Shown here in pieces: positions 45,003-54,900 of a stretch of DNA of 64,000 nucleotides. The DNA is taken from assembly GCA_045654585.1 (NCBI GenBank), contig JAZONS010000005.1:42399-106398 (forward strand). Reading direction: 5' to 3'. Source of the stretch: Eubacteriales bacterium (GTDB lineage Bacteria; Bacillota; Clostridia; Oscillospirales; CAG-272). The notes under the pieces are model-generated. The model did not search any database. It was not told the origin of the DNA and saw only the letters and a list, made by a program, of their open reading frames with translations. Each line of letters begins with the position of its first letter. Position 1 is the stretch's first letter. The position numbers and the translations under genes were made by a program.

Positions 45003-46766
45003 TTAAATTCTTTCTCTGTTCTCGCGAGTGATCTTCTCGATGAACTCGTCAAGCGTCATAGTGGTTGTCTCAGCGGTGTCGCGGTTACGGATGGAAACAG
45101 TTCCGTTTTCAGCCTCCTGCTGACCGATGATTACCATATAAGGAACTCTGCCGACTACCTGAGCCTCGCGGATCATATAACCGATCTTTTCGTTTCTTTC
45201 GTCGAGCTCAACGCGGATCTTAGCCGCGCGGAGAGCATCGTAAACCTTATGTCCGTGCTCGGAAGCCTTCTCGGAAACGAGAAGAACCTTTGCCTGAGTG
45301 GGAGCGAGCCAGAGCGGGAACTTACCTGCGAAGTGCTCGGTAAGAATACCGATGAAGCGTTCGATAGAGCCGTAGCAAACTCTGTGGATCATAATGGGTC
45401 TCTGCTTCTCGTTATTTTCGTCGGTGTACTCAAGCTCGAAGTTCTGAGGAAGCTGGAAGTCGAGCTGAATAGTACCGCACTGCCAGGTTCTTCCAAGGGT
45501 ATCCTCGAGATGGAAGTCGATCTTAGGACCGTAGAACGCGCCGTCGCCCTCGTTGATGATATAGGGAAGACCGAGCTTATCGAGAGCGGCCTTGAGTCCG
45601 TTTGTTGCTGCCTCCCAATCCTCGTCGCTGCCCATGCTGTTCTCGGGTCTTGTGGAAAGCTCAACGGTATACTTAAATCCGAACTTAGTATAAACCTCGT
45701 TGATAAGATCAACTACTGCGATAATTTCATCTGTGATCTGCTCGCGGCGCATAAATACGTGAGCATCGTCCTGCGTGAAGCAACGAACTCTGAAAAGACC
45801 GTGGAGCGCGCCCTTAAGCTCGTGGCGGTGAACAAGACCGAGCTCGCCGACTCTCATAGGAAGCTCGCGGTAGCTGTGAGGCTGGTTGCGGTAAACGAGA
45901 ACTCCGCCGGGGCAGTTCATAGGCTTAACGCAGTAGGTCTCCTCGTCGATCTCGGTGGAATACATATTATCCTTATAGTGACCCCAGTGACCGCTGGTCT
46001 CCCAGAGCTGACGGTTCATAATAAGGGGAGTTGAAACCTCAACGTAATTTTCTCTTGTGTGTATCTCGCGCCAATACTCGATAAGAGCATTCTTAAGGAG
46101 CATACCCTTGGGAAGGAAGAATGGGAAGCCGGGAGCTTCGTCGCGGAACATAAAGAGTCCCATTTCCTTACCTATCTTACGGTGGTCGCGCTTTTCAGCC
46201 TCTTCGAGAAGCTTAAGGTAGTCGTCAAGCTCCTGCTGAGTCTTGAAAGCAGTACCCTTAACTCTTGTGAGCATCTTGTTGTTCTTGTCGTTCTTCCAGT
46301 AAGCGCCGGAAACGCCCGTGAGCTTGAACGCCTTGAGCGCCTTCGTGTAGGTGAGGTGAGGTCCTGTGCACATATCAACGTACTCACCCTGAGTGAAGAA
46401 GCTTATCTCTGCGTCGGGAGCAAGGTCGCCGATATGCTCAACCTTGTATTTCTCGCCGCGCGACTCCATAAGAGCGATAGCCTCAGCGCGGGGAAGGATA
46501 GAGGGCTTGATAGGAAGGTTTTCTTTGCAGATCTTCTTCATCTCCGCCTCGATCTTGGGAAGATCCTCTTCGGTGAGAGTCTTGTCACCGAGATCTACGT
46601 CGTAGTAGAAGCCCTTCTCGTTTGCGGGGCCGTAAGCAAAGTCTGCCTCGGGCCAGAGTCTTTTGATGGCCTGCGCCATAATGTGTGCCGCGGTGTGGCG
46701 GAGTATGTGGAGCTCCTCCTCGGGAGCGCACTCGCCAACCGTACCGTTTGCGTAAATTACTTTCAT
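45003..46766 (-). CDS. thrS: Threonine--tRNA ligase (form without N-terminal TGS domain)
   Basis: ORF track, 587 aa. HTAAHIMAQA editing-domain motif; class-II motif 2 HRHELKGALHGLFRVRCFTQDDAH; C-terminal anticodon-binding domain. Confidence 0.95.
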   Translation of the reverse strand: MKVIYANGTVGECAPEEELHILRHTAAHIMAQAIKRLWPEADFAYGPANEKGFYYDVDLGDKTLTEEDLPKIEAEMKKICKENLPIKPSILPRAEAIALMESRGEKYKVEHIGDLAPDAEISFFTQGEYVDMCTGPHLTYTKALKAFKLTGVSGAYWKNDKNNKMLTRVKGTAFKTQQELDDYLKLLEEAEKRDHRKIGKEMGLFMFRDEAPGFPFFLPKGMLLKNALIEYWREIHTRENYVEVSTPLIMNRQLWETSGHWGHYKDNMYSTEIDEETYCVKPMNCPGGVLVYRNQPHSYRELPMRVGELGLVHRHELKGALHGLFRVRCFTQDDAHVFMRREQITDEIIAVVDLINEVYTKFGFKYTVELSTRPENSMGSDEDWEAATNGLKAALDKLGLPYIINEGDGAFYGPKIDFHLEDTLGRTWQCGTIQLDFQLPQNFELEYTDENNEKQRPIMIHRVCYGSIERFIGILTEHFAGKFPLWLAPTQAKVLLVSEKASEHGHKVYDALRAAKIRVELDERNEKIGYMIREAQVVGRVPYMVIIGQQEAENGTVSIRNRDTAETTTMTLDEFIEKITRENRERI

Positions 46767-46803
46767 TTTTTATATCTCCTGATAAATTTATTTACAAATC
46801 AAA

Positions 46804-47046
46804 TAAAAAAAGCCCATGGTAGTCTAACGACTGCCAAGGGTGCATAAAAACACGGTTCCACCTTGATTTTAACTCAAAGATACGAAAAACGTACCTACCT
46901 CTTAACGCGAGGAGCACGGCAAGGCTTGCTACCGCCTGCGGCTCGGGAGTGGTCTTCACTCTGATACTCGGTAAAGGAGCTTTCAGCAAACGCCCCTCTC
47001 TCTGATACCTTTTTCAAAAGCTACTCTTTCCGTCAAAGCCTTTATC
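46804..47046 (-). promoter_or_regulatory. T-box leader, Thr (ACC) specifier
   Basis: On the minus strand: AGAGAG box (rc of 46991-47006); GAAGACCAC specifier with ACC at 46951-46953; T-box AAATCAAGGTGGAACCGTG (rc of 46851-46869); terminator with T-run (46804-46843). Confidence 0.8.
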
Positions 47047-47052
47047 GTTAAG

Positions 47053-47081
47053 ATTATATCACTATTTTTTGCGCTTGTCAA
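47053..47081 (-). promoter_or_regulatory. thrS leader promoter
   Basis: On the minus strand: TTGACA (rc of 47076-47081), 17-nt spacer, TATAAT (rc of 47053-47058). Confidence 0.6.
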
Positions 47082-47154
47082 GGATTGATTAAAAAATAAT
47101 GTGAGCGCTTTAAAAAAATAATGCGAGTGCATTGAAGTTTTTTATCTTTCCGTA

Positions 47155-47200
47155 TTGACAATAGAAAACCCTTGTGCTATAATTCTATCGACCGTCGATA
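47155..47200 (+). promoter_or_regulatory. ROK-gene promoter plus 15-bp palindrome (candidate operator)
   Basis: TTGACA (47155-47160), 17-nt spacer, TATAAT (47178-47183), then TATCGAC-C-GTCGATA (47186-47200). Confidence 0.45.
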
Positions 47201-47215
47201 AAATAGGAGGATAGT

Positions 47216-48214
47216 ATGGCTAGTATAAAACAATTTGCTGAACGCAGAGATAATATCGCGTCGATAGTTTCCTTCGTCAGAAGTGTCGGAGCGGCAACGC
47301 GCATCGAGATATCCTCGGCACTGGCATTGAGCTGGGCGTGCGTATCCGACCTTGTTGCTTTGCTTATCGAGGCGGAAATTATTGTGGAAACAAATACCGC
47401 GAAGGAGAGAGCAAGGGGAGAGTCGCGGGGAAGAGTACCGACGTATCTTTCGCTTAACGAAAAAAAGTATTTTCTGGGAATAGATATAAACGACTCGGGT
47501 ATATCGGTAACGAACCTTTCGATAAACGGAGTCGTTACCCAAAAAAGAAGCTGGGAGCCCGAGCGGTTTGCAAATGAGGCTGAGCTTTTAGGCTCTGTAT
47601 GCGATAAGATAAGCGCAATGCTTCGCGATAAGTCCGATTGCTGCGGTATAGGTGTCGCTATGGAAGGAACCCGCGCTTCGGATGGCGGTTGGAATTATCC
47701 GTTCACCCAAGGCTCTATGAGCGTATCTCCTCAAAAAATTATCGGTAACTGCTTTGGTCTTCCTGTATACGTCAGGCACGATCCCGAATGTATGCTGTAT
47801 GCCGCGGCGGACAGTATTGATATTGATGCTATGGCTTTGCGAGTAGATACGGGTATTGGAATTGCGGCTATGAAAAACGGCAGAATACTCGAGCTTCCGC
47901 TTGAGCTTGGATACATACATGTAGGAGATAAAAGGCTCAAGGATATACTCAGCTCGTGCAGAAAAAGCGGGGATTATAACAAAATTGCCGACGAGCTCGG
48001 ACGTGCCACTGCCAATCTCGCAATGCTTCTCGGTGTTAATACCGTGTTTATCGTAGGTAAGATAACGGAATGGTTGGGTTCGGTTACCGACGTATTTGAT
48101 AAGGCATTTAAAAGTGTTAGTAAAAATTTAGAATATCGGGTAAGCGGAGTTATTGATGCCTCCGAGGGCGCGGCAAAAGTCGCAATGGCTGAATATCCGA
48201 TCTTGGAGATATAA
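47216..48214 (+). CDS. ROK family transcriptional regulator
   Basis: ORF track, 332 aa. N-terminal winged-helix region (SIVSFVRSVGAATRIEISSAL) and a sugar-kinase-like body. Confidence 0.75.
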   Translation: MASIKQFAERRDNIASIVSFVRSVGAATRIEISSALALSWACVSDLVALLIEAEIIVETNTAKERARGESRGRVPTYLSLNEKKYFLGIDINDSGISVTNLSINGVVTQKRSWEPERFANEAELLGSVCDKISAMLRDKSDCCGIGVAMEGTRASDGGWNYPFTQGSMSVSPQKIIGNCFGLPVYVRHDPECMLYAAADSIDIDAMALRVDTGIGIAAMKNGRILELPLELGYIHVGDKRLKDILSSCRKSGDYNKIADELGRATANLAMLLGVNTVFIVGKITEWLGSVTDVFDKAFKSVSKNLEYRVSGVIDASEGAAKVAMAEYPILEI

Positions 48215-48267
48215 ATAAATATAGCATACAAAAAGAAAATCAAACTTTACATTTTGGAGGATATAGA

Positions 48268-49113
48268 ATGAGCAAACTAAGAATCATGAGCAACAATCAG
48301 TGGTGGGCAGATAATAATAAGCCCGCTTGGCGTGAAGCAGGACTTGACTGCTCAGCAAATGTAAGAGCACCCGGCTTCATTCGTATGTTCAGGGAAACTG
48401 ATCCTGATATTATCGGACTTCAGGAGTGCTCGATGCTTATGGCTGATCTGGAGATGAGGGGTCTTTCGGGCGCGGGTATGAATTATTCCTTGCTCTGGGG
48501 ACGTGATACACCTATCCTCTATAAGACCGATAAGTTTGAGCTCGTTGACTCGTCATACCTCGTTTACCCCACAGAGGTTCCCGGCTATGAAGGCGAGTTT
48601 AATAATCTGAATACGAAAGGCTACTGCATTGCCGTTCTTCGCTCGAAGGAAAACGGAAAAATGCTCATTTTCGGCTCGACACATCTTTGGTATATGAGCA
48701 GTGACCCCACCTGGAAGTCATATCGGGCGGGCTCGGACGAGGCGAGAGTATATCAAATCGGACTTATGATGGATAAAGCCGAGGAATTCGGCGCTAAGTA
48801 TGGCTGTCCAATCATACTTGTCGGAGATATGAACGCTTGGGGAAATTCTGATTGCGTTAAGAGCGCCTATGAGAGAGGCTATGCGGATGCCCGCGATATT
48901 GCCGTGGAGTATGCCGACGGCGGTCACGGAATGCACAAGTGCGGTGAGGACGGATACGGACCTTACGTTCCCGCTGATCCAATAAGAGCGCTCGACCGAG
49001 TATTTATAAAGAACGCGCCCGAGGGATTTGTACGTCGATTTGATAGATTTGCGGAAGATTATTATATGCCGTTATCCGACCATCTTCCCGTCTATATTGA
49101 CATAGAGTATTAA
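48268..49113 (+). CDS. Endonuclease/exonuclease/phosphatase (EEP) family protein
   Basis: ORF track, 281 aa. PDIIGLQEC and LSDHLPV motifs. Confidence 0.75.
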   Translation: MSKLRIMSNNQWWADNNKPAWREAGLDCSANVRAPGFIRMFRETDPDIIGLQECSMLMADLEMRGLSGAGMNYSLLWGRDTPILYKTDKFELVDSSYLVYPTEVPGYEGEFNNLNTKGYCIAVLRSKENGKMLIFGSTHLWYMSSDPTWKSYRAGSDEARVYQIGLMMDKAEEFGAKYGCPIILVGDMNAWGNSDCVKSAYERGYADARDIAVEYADGGHGMHKCGEDGYGPYVPADPIRALDRVFIKNAPEGFVRRFDRFAEDYYMPLSDHLPVYIDIEY

Positions 49114-49152
49114 GATAGCTTTTTTGGGTGTTTCGCCTCTGAGGTATTAATT

Positions 49153-50514
49153 ATGGATAAATCAAAAATGACCGGAGGGCCGGTCCTTTCAACTCTCGTG
49201 AAGTTCTCACTTCCGCTTATTATCATTAATCTCGTTCAGCTCCTTTTTCACTCTGCGGATATTGCAGTTCTCGGTATTATGGCAAGTGATGCCGACGTTG
49301 CCGCGGTAGGTGCGTGCGGTTCTATTATATCAATGCTTCTCTGCGTTTTTGCGGGATATTCTTCCGCCGCTAACGTAGTTATAGCGAAATGCGTTGGCGC
49401 GGGTGACGTCGAGGGCGCGAGACGCGCAACGGGTGTTGCTCTGGTGATGGGCTTCATCTCGGGAATGATTCTTATGACCGTAACCGAGATCTTTGCCGAA
49501 AAATTCTTGATTATGACAAACTGTCAGCCCGACGTTTTAGATATGGCAACGACGTATATGCGTATTTATTTTGCCGGAATGCCGTTTATTATGCTCTACA
49601 ATTTCGTTGCCGCTATCTTAAGAGCGACAGGCGACAGCGTGCGTCCGATGATATATATGATATCTTCGGGTGTCTTGAACGTAATTCTCAACGTGATATT
49701 CGTCGGATTTTTGAATATGGCGGTAGCGGGTGTTGCGCTTGCGACGGTGCTTGCAAACGTTGCGGCTCTCATTGCGGCTCTTATTGCTCTCGCGAAGAAT
49801 AAGGACTATTGCAAGATAGAGCTTAAGAATATCAGATTCCGCAAACGAGAGCTTTTCGATATGATAAAGATAGGTGTTCCTACCTGCCTTACAGGAGTCT
49901 TCTTTTACTTAGGTGAGATAGTGGTAGTTTCTGCTATGAACTCTATCAGCACGGACGCTATGACGGCAAATTCCATAGCAAGCCAGCTCGATAGATTTAC
50001 ATATAGCGTCGGCTCGTCTATAGCATCTGCAACCGGTGTAATGGTCGCCCAGAACTACGGAGCGAAAAATATTGAAAGAATACCCAAAATAATGCGAACG
50101 GGTACATACTATCTGAGCGCGGTATTAACTGTTATCTCGGTATTTTTAACGGTATTTTCTACCTTTATTCTCGGTATATTTACAGACAACAATGCGGTAA
50201 TTGCTCTTGCAAAAGAGAGATTTATTCTTTTAACGTTCACTAATTTTATAACCTGCTCAATGGAGGTATATTCAAACTCCGTCAGAGCTTTAAAGCATCC
50301 AAGATCACTTCTGGTCGTCGGATTTATCTCCGGCTTATGCATAAGAAGTATATGGCCCATTTTCGTATGGCCGCTTCTGCCGACTGTAACATTCCTGTTT
50401 GTCTGCCTGCCGCTCAGCACCGCTGTCGGCTGCGTCATATACAGATTCGTATATACTAAAGCTATGAGGGAGATTCGCGCGGAGAATTCTCCGTTGGTAA
50501 ACAAGACCGTTTAA
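49153..50514 (+). CDS. MATE family efflux transporter
   Basis: ORF track, 453 aa, 12 TM segments. Confidence 0.85.
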   Translation: MDKSKMTGGPVLSTLVKFSLPLIIINLVQLLFHSADIAVLGIMASDADVAAVGACGSIISMLLCVFAGYSSAANVVIAKCVGAGDVEGARRATGVALVMGFISGMILMTVTEIFAEKFLIMTNCQPDVLDMATTYMRIYFAGMPFIMLYNFVAAILRATGDSVRPMIYMISSGVLNVILNVIFVGFLNMAVAGVALATVLANVAALIAALIALAKNKDYCKIELKNIRFRKRELFDMIKIGVPTCLTGVFFYLGEIVVVSAMNSISTDAMTANSIASQLDRFTYSVGSSIASATGVMVAQNYGAKNIERIPKIMRTGTYYLSAVLTVISVFLTVFSTFILGIFTDNNAVIALAKERFILLTFTNFITCSMEVYSNSVRALKHPRSLLVVGFISGLCIRSIWPIFVWPLLPTVTFLFVCLPLSTAVGCVIYRFVYTKAMREIRAENSPLVNKTV

Positions 50515-50541
50515 CCGCAGATTTCTTAGTAACAAAATAAG

Positions 50542-50596
50542 ACGGGACTTTTTGTCTGTAAAACCGTACGGCAGAGAGTCCCGTTTTTATTTTTTA
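50542..50596 (+). terminator. Intrinsic terminator
   Basis: ACGGGACT (50542-50549) pairs with AGTCCCGT (50577-50584), followed by TTTTTATTTTTT. Confidence 0.6.
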
Positions 50597-50624
50597 ACTT
50601 TTCGTAATTTACGCGCGCTCTCTG

Positions 50625-50653
50625 TTGACAATATTTAAAATATATGATAAAAT
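50625..50653 (+). promoter_or_regulatory. Promoter of the ThyX-like/pth/mfd unit
   Basis: TTGACA (50625-50630), 17-nt spacer, TGaTAAAAT (50645-50653). Confidence 0.5.
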
Positions 50654-50693
50654 ATCTATTTAGAAAATAAAGTGTATCTCATCGGAGGATTTT

Positions 50694-51329
50694 ATGTTAA
50701 AGGTTGAAAGAATTTCGGTAATGAATATGGAGAACGCCATAAGAGGAGCAAGAAATCCTATGAACAGCTGGGCGAGGATGGACAGCTACTACGACGAGAA
50801 TGGAAATTTTGTTCTCGGTGAGAACGATCTTTCGCTCGCGCGCCGTCTTGCAGTCGCAGGCTCGGATCACAGAAAGTTCCTCCGTCAGATAATGGTGTCA
50901 ATGGATATAACAGCGCCGCTCTACTGGTGGAAGGAGTTTGATACCTATAAGGTCGGAACTGTAGCGAATTCCTGCTCGACTATGCATAAGATCCAGGCGA
51001 AGGAGTTTGAGAGAGAGGATTTCTCGTGCGACAGAATGACGACGGATGCGCTCTCTGTTCTCGATGCTCTTATCGTATATCTTGAGGGCGAGAGAGTACG
51101 CTTCAACGAAACCAAGGATAAGTCCGCGTGGCACAATATGATCCAGCTTCTCCCCTCGTCCTTCAATCAGATGAGAACCGTAAGCCTCAACTACGAGGTG
51201 CTTATAAACATCTATTACGCGCGCCGTCACCATAAGCTTGCCGAGTGGCATACTCTTTGCGCTGCAATAGAGTCGTTACCTTATGCAAAGGAGCTTATTC
51301 TTATCAAAGCGGAGAGCAGTGAAGGATAA
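50694..51329 (+). CDS. ThyX-fold-like protein lacking the ThyX signature
   Basis: ORF track, 211 aa, GGAGG upstream. Collinear with ThyX blocks (A.RGARN; GSDHRKFLRQI.V..DITAP; LLPSSF...V.LNY..L.N), but RHR....S..S.RY is replaced by DTYKVGTVANSCSTMH. Confidence 0.45.
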   Translation: MLKVERISVMNMENAIRGARNPMNSWARMDSYYDENGNFVLGENDLSLARRLAVAGSDHRKFLRQIMVSMDITAPLYWWKEFDTYKVGTVANSCSTMHKIQAKEFEREDFSCDRMTTDALSVLDALIVYLEGERVRFNETKDKSAWHNMIQLLPSSFNQMRTVSLNYEVLINIYYARRHHKLAEWHTLCAAIESLPYAKELILIKAESSEG

Positions 51330-51331
51330 AA

Positions 51332-51955
51332 ATGGCGAATATATTTGATCTTTTTAAGAAAATAGAAAATAAGAGCGCAGGTCTTCCCATAACTCATATT
51401 GTCGTAGGATTGGGTAACGTCGGCGCGGATTATGAGAAAACGAGGCATAACGCAGGCTTTATGGCAATCGATGCTCTTGCCGCGAAATATGGCGTGAGGA
51501 TAGACCGTGTTAAGTTTCACGCACTGACAGCCGAGGCAAATATCGCAGGTGTCAGAGTTCTTCTTATGAAGCCCACGACGTTTATGAATAACTCCGGAGT
51601 TGCGATTGCCGAGGCGGCATCCTTCTATAAGATACCCCCCGAGAATATTATCGTTCTTCACGATGAGATAAGCTTTGACGTCGGTGTTTTCCGCATCAGG
51701 CGCAAGGGCTCGGCGGGCGGTCATAACGGCCTTAAGAGCATAATAGCTCACGTAGGCTCGGATAACTTCCCGAGAATAAAAATAGGCGTCGGCAAGAAGC
51801 CGTCGCCCGATTATGATCTCGTCGATTTCGTGCTTGGCAGATTCTCTAAGGAGGATCTCGAAAAGCTTAGCGAAGAGAACTCATCAATAATTCCTTCGGT
51901 TGAGCTGATGCTGGAGGGCAAGATAGACGAGGCAATGAACAAGTATTCGAAATAA
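51332..51955 (+). CDS. pth: Peptidyl-tRNA hydrolase
   Basis: ORF track, 207 aa. VGLGNVGADYEKTRHNAGF motif. Confidence 0.93.
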   Translation: MANIFDLFKKIENKSAGLPITHIVVGLGNVGADYEKTRHNAGFMAIDALAAKYGVRIDRVKFHALTAEANIAGVRVLLMKPTTFMNNSGVAIAEAASFYKIPPENIIVLHDEISFDVGVFRIRRKGSAGGHNGLKSIIAHVGSDNFPRIKIGVGKKPSPDYDLVDFVLGRFSKEDLEKLSEENSSIIPSVELMLEGKIDEAMNKYSK

Positions 51956-51974
51956 AATATAAAAAGGTTTTTTG

Positions 51975-54900
51975 ATGAAGAGAATTACGTCGCTCATCGA
52001 AAAGGATAAGGAGTTTGCGGCATCGCTTGAGGTGGCGTTCGAAACCCTCGCGAAGGAAGAGAAGCTTCCGATCGCGGTAAGCGGACTTTCGGGCGGAGCG
52101 CATTCTGCGTACATTGCCGAGGCAACACGTCGGATTTTAAACAAGACGGCTGCCCCCGTGCTTATTATTGCGGATAGCGAAGGCGAAAGAGATAAGCTTG
52201 CTTCGCTCCTTACGTCCTGCGGTGTTCGCGCTGAAAGATATCTTTCGCGCGAGCTTGTTTTCCATAGCATATCAGCCTCCCACGACAATGAGCGTGAGAG
52301 GCTTTCAGTGCTTCTCGCCCTGCTTTCGGGAGAGCCCTTTGCCGTTGTAACAACGCCGGATGCGCTCGTATCCGCAACCGTGCCGAGAGAACTTCTCGGC
52401 AAAATCGTGACAACTCTTGAGCTCGGTACGGAGATATCTCCCGAGGAGCTGACGGAGCGTCTTGTGACTCTTGGCTTCGCAAGGTGCGATACGGTTGAGT
52501 CGGCAGGTCAGTTCGCGCGCCGCGGCGGTATAGTTGATTTTTACGTCAGCTCGGATGAAGATCCTATCCGTGTTGAGTTTTTCGGTGATGAAATAGATAG
52601 AATAGTGTCTTTTGACGTGCTTACTCAGAGAGCCGTTGAGGCAAAACGCGAGGTAAGGCTCGCGCCCGCTATTGAGGTTATGATAAGAGGCGAGGTAAGA
52701 GAAACGCTCACTTCCGAAGTGCGGAAGCTTATCGCAAAGGCGGAGAGCGAGAGTACGTCGGTGGCGCTCAAGCGCGAGCTTTCGGCGCTGGAAGGCGGTA
52801 TGATACTTGATTCCAGGGATAAGTACCTGGGTATCATATATAATGAGCATGAAACTCTTATGACCTACCTTGATAAGGCGGGGTGCAGGTTTGCATTGAC
52901 AGTCGGAACAAACGAGGGAGCTGACCGCTTGAAAAAGTATTACCGCGAGCTTTCGGATAACACACAGAATCTTGAAACTCACGGACTTATCTCAAAGGGC
53001 AGCGCGTGGTATGCCGCCTCGCAGGATGAATATAACAGATACCTTTCGGGGGTAGTCAATATTCATATAAACAGTTTTTCCGGCGGTGCGGGGCTCGGTA
53101 GGCTCTCGGGGCTTTTCGGCTTCAGAACGAAGAGGAGCGTAGCATACGGAAAGAATCCTAAAATGCTCCTGGAGGATATAGACGGACTCCTTCGTGGAGG
53201 CTACCGCATCATACTCGAGTGCGAGAATAAGGCGAGCCTTACCGCGACGGCAAAGCTTATTACGGAGTCGGGTTACACCCCATCCGTGATAGAAAAAGAC
53301 GATATTATACTCCCGGACAGTTCAGGTATTATCATAACTGTTGGCTCACTTGAAGGATTTGATCTCGTTATGCCGAGGATAGCCGTGCTGTCTATGGCGG
53401 AGGACGAGGGCAGAGCTATAATGCTTGCTAAACGCAGGCAGAGAGTTCTTCGAAAAGCGGGCGGTGCCGGCCAGAGAATAATGAGCTACGCTGAGCTTGA
53501 GGTAGGCGACTACGTCGTCCACGCAAACTACGGTATCGGTCTTTTTGAGGGTATGCAGAGCGTGCGCATCGACGGTGTAACACGAGATTATATCACTATC
53601 CGTTATGCCGGCACGGATAAACTCTTCGTCCCTTGCGATAGACTTGAGATGTTAGGCAAATATATAGGCGCCAGAGAGCAGGACGGAACGGTGAAGCTCT
53701 CGAAAATGGGCGGCACGGAATGGCACAGAACGAAGAGCCGCGCAAAATCTGCGGTTAAGGATATTGCCGCAAAGCTTATAAAGCTTTATGCCGAGAGGCA
53801 GAGGCTCCCCGGATTCGCCTTTCCTGCGGATAGTGAGCTTGAGGAAGAGTTCGCGGCAGACTTCAACTTTATCGAAACCGAATCTCAGGCGCAGGCTATT
53901 GAGGAGATAAAGTCGGATATGATGAAGCCTTCCCCGATGAATAGGCTTCTTTGCGGCGACGTTGGCTTCGGAAAGACCGAGGTTGCGCTGAGGGCGGCAT
54001 TCAAGGCAATAATGGGCGGAAAGCAGGTTGCTATCCTCGTTCCGACGACTATCCTCGCCCTTCAGCACTACGGAACTGCGCTCTCCCGTATGAGAGGCTA
54101 TCCCGTAACCGTTGAGATGCTATCGCGCTTCAAAACTCCAAAGCAGCAGTCAAAGATAATCGCCGATCTTAAGGCAGGAAAAATAGATATAATAATCGGA
54201 ACTCATAAGCTTCTCGGCAAGAATATAGCGTTCCGCGATCTCGGACTCCTTATTGTTGACGAGGAGCAGAGATTTGGCGTTTCTCAAAAGGAAAAACTTA
54301 AAGAAATGTCAACAAATATTGACGTATTGACACTTAGCGCAACTCCGATACCTCGAACTCTCAATATGGCTATCAACGGTATCAGTGATATGTCGGTGCT
54401 TGATGAAGCGCCCGAAAATCGCCGTCCCGTTCAGACCTACGTGCTTGAGCACGACGAGGTGGTGATAGCTGAGGCTGTGCGCCGCGAGATAGCGCGAGGC
54501 GGTCAGGTGCTGTACCTCTTTAACAATATCGAAACGATAGATTTCGTTGCGGATAAAATAATGAAGGCGGTTCCCGAGGCTCGTGTTGCCTATGCTCACG
54601 GAAGAATGGATAAGGATGAGCTTGAGGATATCTGGCAATCTCTTGTTTCGGGCGAGATAGACGTGCTCGTCTGCACGACCATTATCGAAACGGGAGTCGA
54701 TCTGCCTATGGCAAATACTCTTATTATCGAGAATGCTGACAGAATGGGACTTTCCCAGCTTCATCAGATACGAGGACGTGTAGGCAGAAGCGAGCGCCAG
54801 GCGTATGCGTACTTCACATACAGACCGGGTAAAGCGCTCACGGATATAGCGAAGAAGAGATTATCCGCAATCAAGGAATATGCGGAATTCGGCGCCGGCT

